Below are positions 54,285 through 64,000 of a DNA stretch of 64,000 nt, one piece after another. This DNA is from Candidatus Cloacimonadales bacterium (GTDB lineage: Bacteria; Cloacimonadota; Cloacimonadia; Cloacimonadales; JAFGVF01). The stretch's first letter is position 1. Each line of letters opens with the position of its first letter. The notes under the pieces are model-generated. The model was not told the origin of the DNA, did not search any database, and was given only the letters and a program-made list of their open reading frames with translations. The translations under genes were made by a program, and so were the position numbers. The stretch spans positions 3,040,001 through 3,104,000 of the forward strand of contig OY759729.1 in assembly GCA_963662585.1 (NCBI GenBank). Direction: 5' to 3'.

Positions 54285-55013
54285 TTATTCCATGAAGAAC
54301 TTAGCATAAAATAGACCTACGACAATACTGAAAAGAATTACACTTAGAAATACTAAGAAATAAGCGAATAAAGTCTTCATTGTTCTTGTGAATACATTCC
54401 CTTCAAAGAACTTTCCTAAAGCCCAGATAGGGTAGACTATACCAATTAATCCTGCAAGCTGCATAATATTGAATTGCAAGATACTTTCTAATACACCAAA
54501 AACAGTGTAGATAATCATTACAAAAGCAGAAATGTAGGTAAAAGCAACCAAACATTCAAAATAGTTATAAGCTCTATTTTTAAAAATAACTTTTAACCAA
54601 AAAGCTGCTAAAATAGCCATAAATAAATTTACATAGCCATAATTATTCTCAATCCACATTAAAATTTTAGGGCCTATATCAAAGTCATTAACATTGGCTT
54701 TGATAATAGCACTATCAAAGGTGAAATAGTGGGAAACAAGAGTGTAGAGTAAAGAACACATAAACAAGAAAGTTATTGGCTTTACCAGTAATGTTCTGTC
54801 TGTCTCAATGTATGACCTTATTGCTTTACCAGGTCTGATCGTTAGCTCTTTTATAGTGTAGATTATACCTCTATTAAGATTTAGAACTTCTGCTAGACCA
54901 AAGAAAAAGAATTCTTTATCTATACGAGGAATCTTGGTTGGGAATCCACAGTTAGAACAATAATTATTCTTAACTGTGCTCCCACATTTATGACAATGCA
55001 TATAAATCTCCAT
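54285..55013 (-). CDS. DUF3667-like membrane protein with N-terminal Zn ribbon
   Basis: CHKCG....NYCSNCG, TIKELTIRPG....YI...R....P, several TM helices. Confidence 0.8.
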   Translation of the reverse strand: MEIYMHCHKCGSTVKNNYCSNCGFPTKIPRIDKEFFFFGLAEVLNLNRGIIYTIKELTIRPGKAIRSYIETDRTLLVKPITFLFMCSLLYTLVSHYFTFDSAIIKANVNDFDIGPKILMWIENNYGYVNLFMAILAAFWLKVIFKNRAYNYFECLVAFTYISAFVMIIYTVFGVLESILQFNIMQLAGLIGIVYPIWALGKFFEGNVFTRTMKTLFAYFLVFLSVILFSIVVGLFYAKFFME

Positions 55014-55458
55014 TAGTTAAGATTTCAACTTTTCCATAATTAGAGATTAAATGAAGTTTGTAAAGTATTAATTTTCTATAGAGATTAAATCATTATTCCA
55101 GCATGAGTTAAATAAATGGTAAACAGTTAAATAAGTAAAATTCGTTCTTGGGAAATAGCTAGGATAATATTATAGTTTAGTTGTTTACGAGAAAAATAGA
55201 AACTATGAAGGGAAGTATATAATTTTTGAATATGAAATAGACTATAAACAGGAAATCTGAATGGTTTAGGGGTAAGGGGCAAAACATTTTTCGCCCTAAG
55301 CAGATGAGACTGTTCAGAATAAATGACTGATAAATAGTGCTTTGATTTTTCAAATGCTATAATTAGTGCACAATTTTTATTTATTATCCTACATTTTAGA
55401 AATTGACATCTGCTTGATTACATTACTATATCTCTAATATCCGAATAATGTCTCTTAT

Positions 55459-55934
55459 ATCCCACAGGGATGCCATATAGTAGGGAGTGCTCGCAAGACA
55501 CTCCAAAGAATGTTAGTATGTAAAAGTGAGCCCTGAAGGGGCGATATATCCTTCTTTATAAGTTATATAAAAAATCGCACTAGTTGATCTAGTCAGATTC
55601 GTTAAAACCAGTTCTTCAAGATGGATCATAACAAGATTTCCCGAGTTAAACCTTTTTTCTTGGCAAGAAGTTTACGGTGCATTTTCAATTAATCCTCAGC
55701 ATAGTTATGCTGTTATAGGATACATTCAAGACTAAGAAAACCACCATCACAAAGTCTCTTTTAAAATGAACTAATCTAATTCTTGAAAAAGTATAAACAA
55801 TATTATGATGAGTGTTATATCTGGACTTATATTCGTATTTGATTAGAATATGTCGCCCCTCTAGGGCTCACTTCTGCTCGTATTGTATGGAGTGTCTTGC
55901 GACCACTCCCTGTTATATGTCATTCCTTCGGGAT
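55459..55934 (+). mobile_element. tnpA: Degenerate IS200/IS605-family element: tnpA 3' remnant between long inverted repeats
   Basis: VKTSSSRWI...FSWQEVYGAFSI......YIQD*ENHH.K.SF / FLKKY...YDECYIW; 55459..55550 is an inverted match to 55847..55934. Confidence 0.85.
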
Positions 55935-56211
55935 TTTTAAGAATTTCCAAGCTATCGCTTGGAAGCGGATATGGTCATCCGCATTCCCAGTGAAGAGGCT
56001 TTGTTACCAATACACAATCATTATAAAATGTCTAGAAACCTGAAAATATGCAATATTATCGACTTCGCTAAGGATAAGCTATTGGATAAGGTGGCTGGAT
56101 AATTGAACAGTCTCAAGCAGAATATATATTATATTTAAAAAATATTTATTGACATATATTAATGATTAGAGTTTATATGTATGATATGATTTTATTTATG
56201 TTAAACAAAGA

Positions 56212-56235
56212 GGGTGTATGGCAATACACCCCTAC
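56212..56235 (-). repeat. GTAG REP upstream of RAYT
   Basis: Reverse complement GTAGGGGTGTATTGCCATACACCC; related copies at 56698 and 35569. Confidence 0.8.
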
Positions 56236-56291
56236 AGTATACAGGTTAAAAGAATGATAAATGTTAAAAGATTAAATTGGAATTAATAATG

Positions 56292-56861
56292 TGTAATAGA
56301 AAATACAATCCCGAAATTCATCATCGTCGTTCAATCAGATTAAAAGGATATGATTATTCTCAGCCTGGATTCTATTTTATTACTCTTTGCATTAAAAACA
56401 GAGAACATCTATTCGGTGAGATTAATAATGATAAAATGTTTTTGAATGATGCTGGTAAGATTATTATGCAAGAATGGGTTAAAACACCACAAATAAGGAA
56501 TAATGTAAAATTAGGCGAATTTATCATAATGCCTAATCATTTTCATGCTATCGTAGAAATTGAATGCAAATTTAACACATCCTCTGATAAGATAGATAAA
56601 TTCCAATCACCTTTCCAAACCATTGGTTCAATTAATCGAGGTTTTAAAGGCGCAACAACATTAAGAATAAATCAAAAACTACCAGCCCGTGATTATGCTA
56701 GGGGCGTATTGCCATACGCCCAAAATAACAACAATTCAATCTGGCAAGGGAATTATTGGGAACATATAATCAAAACTAAAATTGAATATAACAAAATCTT
56801 ACAATATATTATTAATAATCTTCTTTGTTGGGATTATGATAAATTGAATGGGGGCATATGA
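56292..56861 (+). CDS. REP-associated tyrosine transposase (RAYT, Y1/HUH)
   Basis: HHRRSIRLKGYDYS..G.YFITLC, MPNHFHAI (HUH), IWQ.NYWEHII, YIINN; start approximate. Confidence 0.9.
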   Translation, partial: CNRKYNPEIHHRRSIRLKGYDYSQPGFYFITLCIKNREHLFGEINNDKMFLNDAGKIIMQEWVKTPQIRNNVKLGEFIIMPNHFHAIVEIECKFNTSSDKIDKFQSPFQTIGSINRGFKGATTLRINQKLPARDYARGVLPYAQNNNNSIWQGNYWEHIIKTKIEYNKILQYIINNLLCWDYDKLNGGI

Positions 56862-56863
56862 TA

Positions 56864-59245
56864 CTATTTCATCAAAATAATTTTCTTAGTTGATGTGGCA
56901 TTGCCACTTCTAATTTTATAGAAGTAAACACCGCTTGCACTAGATTTATTTGCATTATTTGTTCCGTTCCAAAGAACTTTTTGTACACCTTGCTCCATGT
57001 CTCTATTCACTAAATTCTTGACCAACTGTCCTCTGAGATTATATATATCTACTGTAACCTCTCCAGCTCGTGGATTGTTAAACTGGATAGTAGTTTCTGG
57101 ATTGAATGGATTTGGATAGTTAGTGGCATTTAGGTCTGTCACAAGCTCAAGATCATCATCTAAGTTGGGGGTATAACCTGGAAATTCATAACAACCGAGA
57201 TCTATTATATTGTTATGTATTCTTGGATTCCCATATAGATCTAGTTCAGCTGGGACAAACCACTCGGGAAGCCAAGCAAAACTACTAGAACCAGCATCTA
57301 TGGCAGGAGACACCTCTCCTATGTCTCCACCTCTTAAATGATAGTAAGATGCTAAAGCTGGATCTCCACCTACAAAGAGTGGGTCTTGGTTATAAATATT
57401 GTTATCCCCCAATATTAGCTCTGCTCCAGTGTAATTATATATATCTAAGTCTGAATCTCCAAAAAGACAATTATCTATGTCTAAAACTTCATTAGTAAGT
57501 GATAAATCCCAGGGTTGATTATTGTTCATAAAGATATTGTTTCTATAAACTGTATTTGTGCCACTATTCATTATAGTACCAAAGTTAGGACATCCACTGT
57601 TATTGGCAAATGTACAATTAGATATTGTTGTATTTTCTCCCATAGTCCTAAACATTTTACATTCCCCTCCAACATTATTAGAAAATAGGCAGTTATCTAT
57701 TACAACTTCTAATGTGTCAGCCCAGTCTATAAATCTAAATAGAGTCCAACCATAATAATCAGAAGTACATTGATTGTTAATAAATTCTGAATTAGTAACC
57801 TCTATTCTATTCATAGCTTCCACATTACCAATTCCACAGCCACTTTCATTAATACAAGTGTTATTATAGACCTTAACATTATTCATAACCACATCTAATG
57901 CTTTAATTTTATAAGCTGGGTAACTCTTTATTGAATGATTATTCTGGAAAATTACATTATAAAGATTGACATTTCCAAAATATTGTCCATGTACTTCTAA
58001 ACTAGAGCCATCATCAATGTTGCTATTTTCAAAAATCACATCTTCAATTATTAAGTTATTTACACTATTTGCGACTAATGCTGATGCTGATCCATTAGTA
58101 ATACTCATGCTTTTAATTGCAATACTTTCACCAAAATACTCAGCAATAATTGTTCCGTGATGCCAGCTAAATATATCTGAATTACCAATTATCTTGGTCT
58201 CTTCTGCTGATAATCCTTGTAAAATTGTGTTACTTTTTAATCCTATAGGTATATTAGTATGCCCCCATAAGTCATGTTCATAGATTTCAGATGTTAGCCG
58301 TATTGTTTTAGGGTTATCTATATTACTAGAGATTATGGTATTAGCCCAATAGATTGTGCGAAGAGCTTCATCGGGTGTTAAACCAGAGTTGTTATCATCG
58401 CCATTGTTAGCTACATATAGGTCTGCATCAATCTCCTCATGCATACCCTCATTTACTTCAAAAGTTCTATAGGGTGTATAACCATCTTCTATTGCCTCAA
58501 CAGATCCTTCAAAAAAGTTGGCATAGTAGCGTTCATAAGATGCTTTAGTAAATTTATCTAAATAGATATCAGACACTGCACCAAAAGGTAACTCCCAGTA
58601 CATATCCGCTCCTAACGAGGCATAGTTATCATAAAGGGAACATCTGTTGCTCTCCGAAAAGGTGATTGTTGGTTGTTCACTTACAGTACTTTGAGTACAT
58701 ATCCCTCCTCCAGACATTAGTGCCAAGTTATTATTTATAGTACATCCAGCTAGATGTACAGTAGCCTGGTAATTAATAACTATCCCTCCTCCCAAATCTG
58801 CATAGTTATCATAGATTTTAAGATTTACAATGTTAAAACTACTTAAGGCTAGACACATACCGCCCCCTATTGACTTTATGCCATCCTGATAGCCACTTCC
58901 CCCTGTTATTGACAATCCTCTTATCTCAAACTCTTTTTCTCCAACAGTGCAATATACAGTACTACCACTTTGGTAACCATCTATAATAGTTGTAGAGATA
59001 AAGGTGCTATCATTGGTTATTGCTTCTAATGAATAGAGTTTTAGGTTGTTAGCATAGCTTAAATCAACATTTTCATAATAGGTACCTGGATATACTAATA
59101 CTGTATCTCCTGTAGAAGCCTGATTAACAGCCATCTGGATTTCTGTATATGGTTTAGTGCCATCAAGTGAGACTTCAAGAGTTGTAGCAAAGATAGCTGA
59201 TAGGCTAAGTATAAATAAAAATACAATATATAGTTTTAGTTTCAT
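56864..59245 (-). CDS. Secreted beta-helix/DUF1565-like protein with FlgD/T9SS CTD
   Basis: IQ.AV.....GDTVLVYPGTYYEN, LYV...GDD.NSGL, SPAIDAG...D..GNPR....IDLGCYE, CTD. Confidence 0.85.
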   Translation of the reverse strand: MKLKLYIVFLFILSLSAIFATTLEVSLDGTKPYTEIQMAVNQASTGDTVLVYPGTYYENVDLSYANNLKLYSLEAITNDSTFISTTIIDGYQSGSTVYCTVGEKEFEIRGLSITGGSGYQDGIKSIGGGMCLALSSFNIVNLKIYDNYADLGGGIVINYQATVHLAGCTINNNLALMSGGGICTQSTVSEQPTITFSESNRCSLYDNYASLGADMYWELPFGAVSDIYLDKFTKASYERYYANFFEGSVEAIEDGYTPYRTFEVNEGMHEEIDADLYVANNGDDNNSGLTPDEALRTIYWANTIISSNIDNPKTIRLTSEIYEHDLWGHTNIPIGLKSNTILQGLSAEETKIIGNSDIFSWHHGTIIAEYFGESIAIKSMSITNGSASALVANSVNNLIIEDVIFENSNIDDGSSLEVHGQYFGNVNLYNVIFQNNHSIKSYPAYKIKALDVVMNNVKVYNNTCINESGCGIGNVEAMNRIEVTNSEFINNQCTSDYYGWTLFRFIDWADTLEVVIDNCLFSNNVGGECKMFRTMGENTTISNCTFANNSGCPNFGTIMNSGTNTVYRNNIFMNNNQPWDLSLTNEVLDIDNCLFGDSDLDIYNYTGAELILGDNNIYNQDPLFVGGDPALASYYHLRGGDIGEVSPAIDAGSSSFAWLPEWFVPAELDLYGNPRIHNNIIDLGCYEFPGYTPNLDDDLELVTDLNATNYPNPFNPETTIQFNNPRAGEVTVDIYNLRGQLVKNLVNRDMEQGVQKVLWNGTNNANKSSASGVYFYKIRSGNATSTKKIILMK

Positions 59246-59268
59246 TGAAATCTCCTTAAACTAATGTA

Positions 59269-59300
59269 TTGTAGAGACGCAAAACATTGCGTCTCTACAA
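59269..59300. repeat. GTAG-type REP palindrome
   Basis: TTGTAGAGACGCAA-AACA-TTGCGTCTCTACAA. Confidence 0.8.
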
Positions 59301-59332
59301 ATTAATTATTAATTTTAATTTGGGTATGCAAA

Positions 59333-62008
59333 TTATTTCATCAAAATAATTTTCTTAGTTGCTGTGGCATTACCACTTCTAATTTTATAGAAGTAAACAC
59401 CGCTTGCACTTGATTTATTTGCATTATTTGTTCCATTCCAAAGAACTTTTTGTACACCTTGCTCCATGTCTCTATTCACTAAATTCTTGACCAACTGTCC
59501 TTTGAGATTATATATATCTACTGTAACCTCTCCAGCTTGTGGATTGTTGAACTGAATATTTGTTTCAGGATTAAATGGATTTGGATAGTTAGTAGAAATT
59601 ATTTGCTGAGTTTCAAGTAATTCTGTTGCATCCTTTGTCATCGAGACATGATAGAAATCTTGGTTGTTTACTTTTAGCTCTTGAATTTTATCCCAAACTT
59701 GCAGAACATTGTCATAACTAACAATATTTTCAAGTTTTTTAGCTGATTTAGAACCATTAATAGTCACAATTGCAAGAGGAGTATCTTGTGGAACATCTTC
59801 AATAAAAGCTTGCACCATAACAGTAGTTGCAGCATCAACTTTTACACCACCAACACAAACATCACCAGCATAGACAACAACCTCATCAATATCACTATTA
59901 GGTTCGACATCAACAAAGATTGGAGTATAATCAGCTTGTTCAGTGAAAGTTACACTTTCAGCATTATTATAGCTGTATGCTTCAGTTCTAGAAGGAGTAT
60001 CATAATTCCAATGGAAATCCATAATGCTCTGAACACCACTTGCATACTTTACAAGCACAAAGTCACCCATTCTTAACTTACAATCAGTATCGCCACTAAC
60101 TCGTCCTACCCAGTTGCCTCCTGATGTTTTGTAAAAAGACCAATCTTTATGCTGAATGAAGCTTAAATTTGTTAAGTATGGACCGAAGGCATTTGACCAG
60201 TATGTTGGGTTTTCCCCAAAGAAACCTAACCAAATCTTTTCAGAAGAGACAGGTAAATCAAATTCTTGGTCAGGATCTTGAAGAAGACCTGAGAACCAAC
60301 TATCCATATCATAAGGAGCTTCTATCTGGTAGCCCCAGCGTTCATCGACCATATCGTTACTATTATAGGGACTATCATTATATTTAAATTCATGAGACCC
60401 AAACGAATAAGAGCCACCTTGTTGAAAATAAATCGTTGGATATTGTGGAAATAAGTCATTTGTCTTAAAGTCTTCAAAATGAATAGTCATGTGATTATTT
60501 GGCACTGAATAATGAGTAGTTCCATTATAAACTACAGTAGATGTGTTATCTGGATCTATTACAGGGAATCCTGTCCAATTTTGGGGACTATTTCCGTCAA
60601 TAAAGTGCTTATACTCTTTTCTATCATCATTAAATGGAATAGCACCCATATCTGGAGTATCGTCTTCATATTGGATAAGTTGAATATCTAATCCTGCAAC
60701 TAACTCATCATCAAAGTTTTCATCATAGCCATTACCAATAGCATCACAAGGCCATTTCAGAGCTAATTCTCTATTTTGTGGATAATCAAAGTTAGCTACT
60801 CCTTTAAGATTGAGATTGTTAGTAAAATTAGTAATATTGCTAGGATTAAAGCCACTGTCAAAATAGTTGGCTATGATATTAGCATGTGGAGTGGAACCAA
60901 ATGTTACATCATTACTGTTATCAGAAAATAGGTTATTTTGAATTTGAGTACTTTCAAATTTAATATCCACAGCATTTGTTGTATTAACTTCATAGAAGGT
61001 ATTATGGAAAACATCTTCAGCTTCAATATCAATCTTTCTAATAGGCATATATCTAGAATAATCTGTATGGATAATATTATTATTGAAAGTTAGAGCATTT
61101 TCAATATCTATTTTGGAACACCCGTAAAACTCATTATTCTCAATATATAAATCTGGTGCGTAATGATCAGTAGTCAAGCATAGTGGATATCTAATATTAG
61201 TGATACTATTATTTTTTATTGAAGACCAATAATCTATCTCAGCATTTATTAAAGCACTTCCGACATATATATCAGTGCTTGTAAATGAGCAGTTATCAAT
61301 CTCTAAAGTATGTGAAAGATTTACATTATAAGCTCTTTCTGTATTTTCAAAAAAACAATTAATAAGTTTAACACCAAAAGCAAATGGAATAGTATAGATG
61401 TTCTTTATGTTATAACTATGGAAATAATCTCCATCTGCTGTTTCATTTGCAAAGTAACAGTTTTCAAGATGTAAAAGATTCCAATCACCGTTCCCAGCCC
61501 AACCATCTTCATCTATACAGATATCTACTACAAACTGAGAATTACTCTCAGTGTTAAATTCACAATTAATAACCTTGAGATATTCTGTATCAAATTTTAT
61601 TGCTGCTTGAAATAAACTCCCAGGATTATTTAATCCATAAGGATCATTATTAAAACTGAAATTGTCAATAAGAACTTCCCCTGGATTACTTAGCCCTGTA
61701 GGATTGACTATATCGAATAAAGGAATATTTTGATTTAATGGCTTAACTTTGATTAAACTACCATCAATTGATATAAAATTATAGTCTGCTATTGGAGAAA
61801 GACTAATATTTTCTTGGTAACTAGCACCGCTTTCCATGTTTCTGACTATAACATTGATTTCCCAATCACTTGAATTATTTGAATTATCGATAGCATCTTG
61901 AATTGTGTAATATGGACCGATATCACCATTAACATATAAGTCCTGAACTAGACCAAAAACTACAACTGTGAACAAACAAATTAATGTTACTAAAAAGTAC
62001 TTTTTCAT
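59333..62008 (-). CDS. Secreted beta-helix protein with FlgD/T9SS CTD
   Basis: YYTIQDAI, PDMGA, NWTGFP, FTEQADYTPIFV, CTD. Confidence 0.8.
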   Translation of the reverse strand: MKKYFLVTLICLFTVVVFGLVQDLYVNGDIGPYYTIQDAIDNSNNSSDWEINVIVRNMESGASYQENISLSPIADYNFISIDGSLIKVKPLNQNIPLFDIVNPTGLSNPGEVLIDNFSFNNDPYGLNNPGSLFQAAIKFDTEYLKVINCEFNTESNSQFVVDICIDEDGWAGNGDWNLLHLENCYFANETADGDYFHSYNIKNIYTIPFAFGVKLINCFFENTERAYNVNLSHTLEIDNCSFTSTDIYVGSALINAEIDYWSSIKNNSITNIRYPLCLTTDHYAPDLYIENNEFYGCSKIDIENALTFNNNIIHTDYSRYMPIRKIDIEAEDVFHNTFYEVNTTNAVDIKFESTQIQNNLFSDNSNDVTFGSTPHANIIANYFDSGFNPSNITNFTNNLNLKGVANFDYPQNRELALKWPCDAIGNGYDENFDDELVAGLDIQLIQYEDDTPDMGAIPFNDDRKEYKHFIDGNSPQNWTGFPVIDPDNTSTVVYNGTTHYSVPNNHMTIHFEDFKTNDLFPQYPTIYFQQGGSYSFGSHEFKYNDSPYNSNDMVDERWGYQIEAPYDMDSWFSGLLQDPDQEFDLPVSSEKIWLGFFGENPTYWSNAFGPYLTNLSFIQHKDWSFYKTSGGNWVGRVSGDTDCKLRMGDFVLVKYASGVQSIMDFHWNYDTPSRTEAYSYNNAESVTFTEQADYTPIFVDVEPNSDIDEVVVYAGDVCVGGVKVDAATTVMVQAFIEDVPQDTPLAIVTINGSKSAKKLENIVSYDNVLQVWDKIQELKVNNQDFYHVSMTKDATELLETQQIISTNYPNPFNPETNIQFNNPQAGEVTVDIYNLKGQLVKNLVNRDMEQGVQKVLWNGTNNANKSSASGVYFYKIRSGNATATKKIILMK

Positions 62009-62075
62009 TTTAACTCCTATTTTGTTGTAACTAACTATATCCTTAAATATAAAAGGATTATTATAACTGCGACAT

Positions 62076-62273
62076 TTACTCTTTAACTATAAAAATTTCT
62101 CCATTAATAACTATAGCAATATAATCATCATTTGGACCATCATAAATGACTTCATAACTTTGAGATCCAACCTCTTCCCAAGTAATTTCTGGATAGAGAT
62201 CATAATTAACTTGACTAGCAAAGACCAACACGACAAAACTGAACAAGAATAAAAATGAGATTATTTTTTTCAT
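62076..62273 (-). CDS. Small secreted acidic protein
   Basis: AGGAGGAG RBS, signal peptide, 65 aa. Confidence 0.7.
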   Translation of the reverse strand: MKKIISFLFLFSFVVLVFASQVNYDLYPEITWEEVGSQSYEVIYDGPNDDYIAIVINGEIFIVKE

Positions 62274-62365
62274 ATCTCCTCCTATTATATAGACCCTAAA
62301 AAAACTAATATTTTTATTAGTTTACCCTATTTGATTGATATATAAATATTTACGAGAGGAAATCG

Positions 62366-63325
62366 ATTGATAATGATTTTAAAGAGTATTTTAATTATGC
62401 CAAGGAAATTGCATATAAATTAGTTAAAGATTATGAATTAGCTGAGGACATTGCAAGTAATTGTGTGGTTAAACTTGAAAAGGTTTCAAGAACAAGAGAG
62501 ATTGCTAATCCTAAAGGATGGATTAGAAAAGTTGTTACTAATTTATGTAATGATTATTTTAATAAGCAAAAAAGACTATTAGAAGTTCATGTAGAAGAAG
62601 ATAAACTTGAATATTTTGCTTACAAAAATCAAGAAAATAGTAGTGAAATTATAGATTTTGAGATTGATTTTAGTAAGTATCCTTTTCTTGAGCATAAAGA
62701 TAGAGAAAAAAAGATATTAGAGTATTTCTATATAAAGAAAGAATCAAATGCAAAAATTGCCCAGAGATTTAAAATTAAAGAGAGTAAAATCAAAGAAATA
62801 ATATATAAATTTACTAATGAAATTGAGTTATATCATCTAATTGATAATAAAACGCTATTTTTTAAGTTACTACCTTATACTAATCTTACCATTAAGATTA
62901 ATAATTTCCTACATAAACTAAAGCACTGTCTTAATAATAATGATTTATCTTGTATGAAACGATATTTGAAAAATGCTAAAATAAATGACTTTTCCAAGAT
63001 TAAATTTAAAGAGATGAAGTCATGTAAATTAAAGTATATTGATGAAAATAGCTATCGTCTCATAGTTGTTTTTATTAATCAAGCTAATAAGTACAGCTTT
63101 TTTTTTATAGAATTCATTATAACAAGATCCAGCAATGTACAAGTAATTGAATTTCCTATCTGGCCTCAAGGAGTTATACAAATTGATAAAAGCAAACTAA
63201 AGACAGAAATTAAGCAAAAAGATCTAGATAGCTTCAACGGTTCCTATAACGAAAGATTAGGAAGTTATGATGAGCTGAAAGAAAAAGGTATTGCTAAAGA
63301 GATTCAACAAAATGATGAGTTCTGA
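62366..63325 (+). CDS. ECF-type sigma70-family factor with C-terminal extension
   Basis: Y..A..IAY......ELAEDIA (region 2.1-2.2), NPKGWIRKV..NLC.DY (2.3-2.4), IAQRFKI....IK (region 4 HTH). Confidence 0.7.
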   Translation: MDNDFKEYFNYAKEIAYKLVKDYELAEDIASNCVVKLEKVSRTREIANPKGWIRKVVTNLCNDYFNKQKRLLEVHVEEDKLEYFAYKNQENSSEIIDFEIDFSKYPFLEHKDREKKILEYFYIKKESNAKIAQRFKIKESKIKEIIYKFTNEIELYHLIDNKTLFFKLLPYTNLTIKINNFLHKLKHCLNNNDLSCMKRYLKNAKINDFSKIKFKEMKSCKLKYIDENSYRLIVVFINQANKYSFFFIEFIITRSSNVQVIEFPIWPQGVIQIDKSKLKTEIKQKDLDSFNGSYNERLGSYDELKEKGIAKEIQQNDEF

Positions 63326-63583
63326 TAAACACACTTTTAATCTGCTCTGAATTTTCTGTTTTAATAGCAACAGACAGAAAGGAGATACACTAAGCATACG
63401 ATCTATGAGTTGGATTATTAAAGGGAATTACATCATCTTAGCCATTTCTCTAACTGTTTCTAGAGTATTTTATCTGTATTAATGTTGAGTGCTCATTCAT
63501 GATATTGAGTGCTGAACCTATAAAATTGTCTTTGTTCTGGACAAAAAATATTTTACCCCTACAAATCTTTTTTTTGTCATCTG

Positions 63584-64000
63584 TTATTTTATGTCAAACA
63601 CATCCTTATCCAAGTAAAATTGATAATAACCATTAACAAAAGGGATTTGTTCATCAGATAGTGTGAAATTAATAGACCAACTAGAAATGACTTCATCAAG
63701 TAAATTATCAGTTAACTTAATCTCTTGGTCAGAGCAATTGAGGGAATAGCGTCCATTTTCTCTTTCATTAAAGGAATTATCTTTAAAATCAAAGTTAATA
63801 TTTCCCTTACACTTAAATTGCAACATTTCTTTAGAAACTGAAACATTAAGGTTTTCATTATTATAAATATTCCTGAAATCATCTTCATCCACAGAGAAAA
63901 AGACAGTTCTAAAGCTATTATCTTTCACATAATCATCAATAAGGTCTTTTGTTAACCAATTTAACTCAGTAATTTCTGAAAAATTTCCTGTTGAATTGCT
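63584..64000 (-). CDS. Hypothetical protein, 5'-truncated by window edge
   Basis: Frame stays open to base 64000. Confidence 0.55.
   Translation of the reverse strand, partial: SNSTGNFSEITELNWLTKDLIDDYVKDNSFRTVFFSVDEDDFRNIYNNENLNVSVSKEMLQFKCKGNINFDFKDNSFNERENGRYSLNCSDQEIKLTDNLLDEVISSWSINFTLSDEQIPFVNGYYQFYLDKDVFDIK

Overview
AT-rich bacterial chromosome segment. The many secreted proteins with a FlgD-Ig/T9SS-type C-terminal domain ([12 protein letters not shown]...SGxY...K.ILMK) and a PorV-family gene suggest an FCB-group organism, most plausibly Ca. Cloacimonadota (inference). 1-16 kb is mostly core genes: mtnA, sirtuin, L,D-transpeptidase, holA, uppP, a porV-M6 protease-3x DUF5683-like cluster, tRNA-Leu(CAA) and mfd. 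16-34 kb holds CTD-bearing surface proteins, including a 3505-aa FN3 filament tipped by a catalytically dead C10 protease. tmRNA lies at 34705-35054. It is followed by a 9.4-kb integrase-less island bounded by a 128-bp direct repeat, which carries a GIY-YIG nuclease, decayed phage genes and an intact four-gene LlaJI/McrBC-like restriction cassette with two SPPY amino-methyltransferases. 45-64 kb is an accessory region: hybrid histidine kinase, beta-helix repeat protein, MITEs, IS200-like remnants, a RAYT with several REP families, two CTD proteins sharing a near-identical sorting domain, and an ECF-type sigma factor that appears to start at ATT. All calls come from manual motif reading; no database searches were run.
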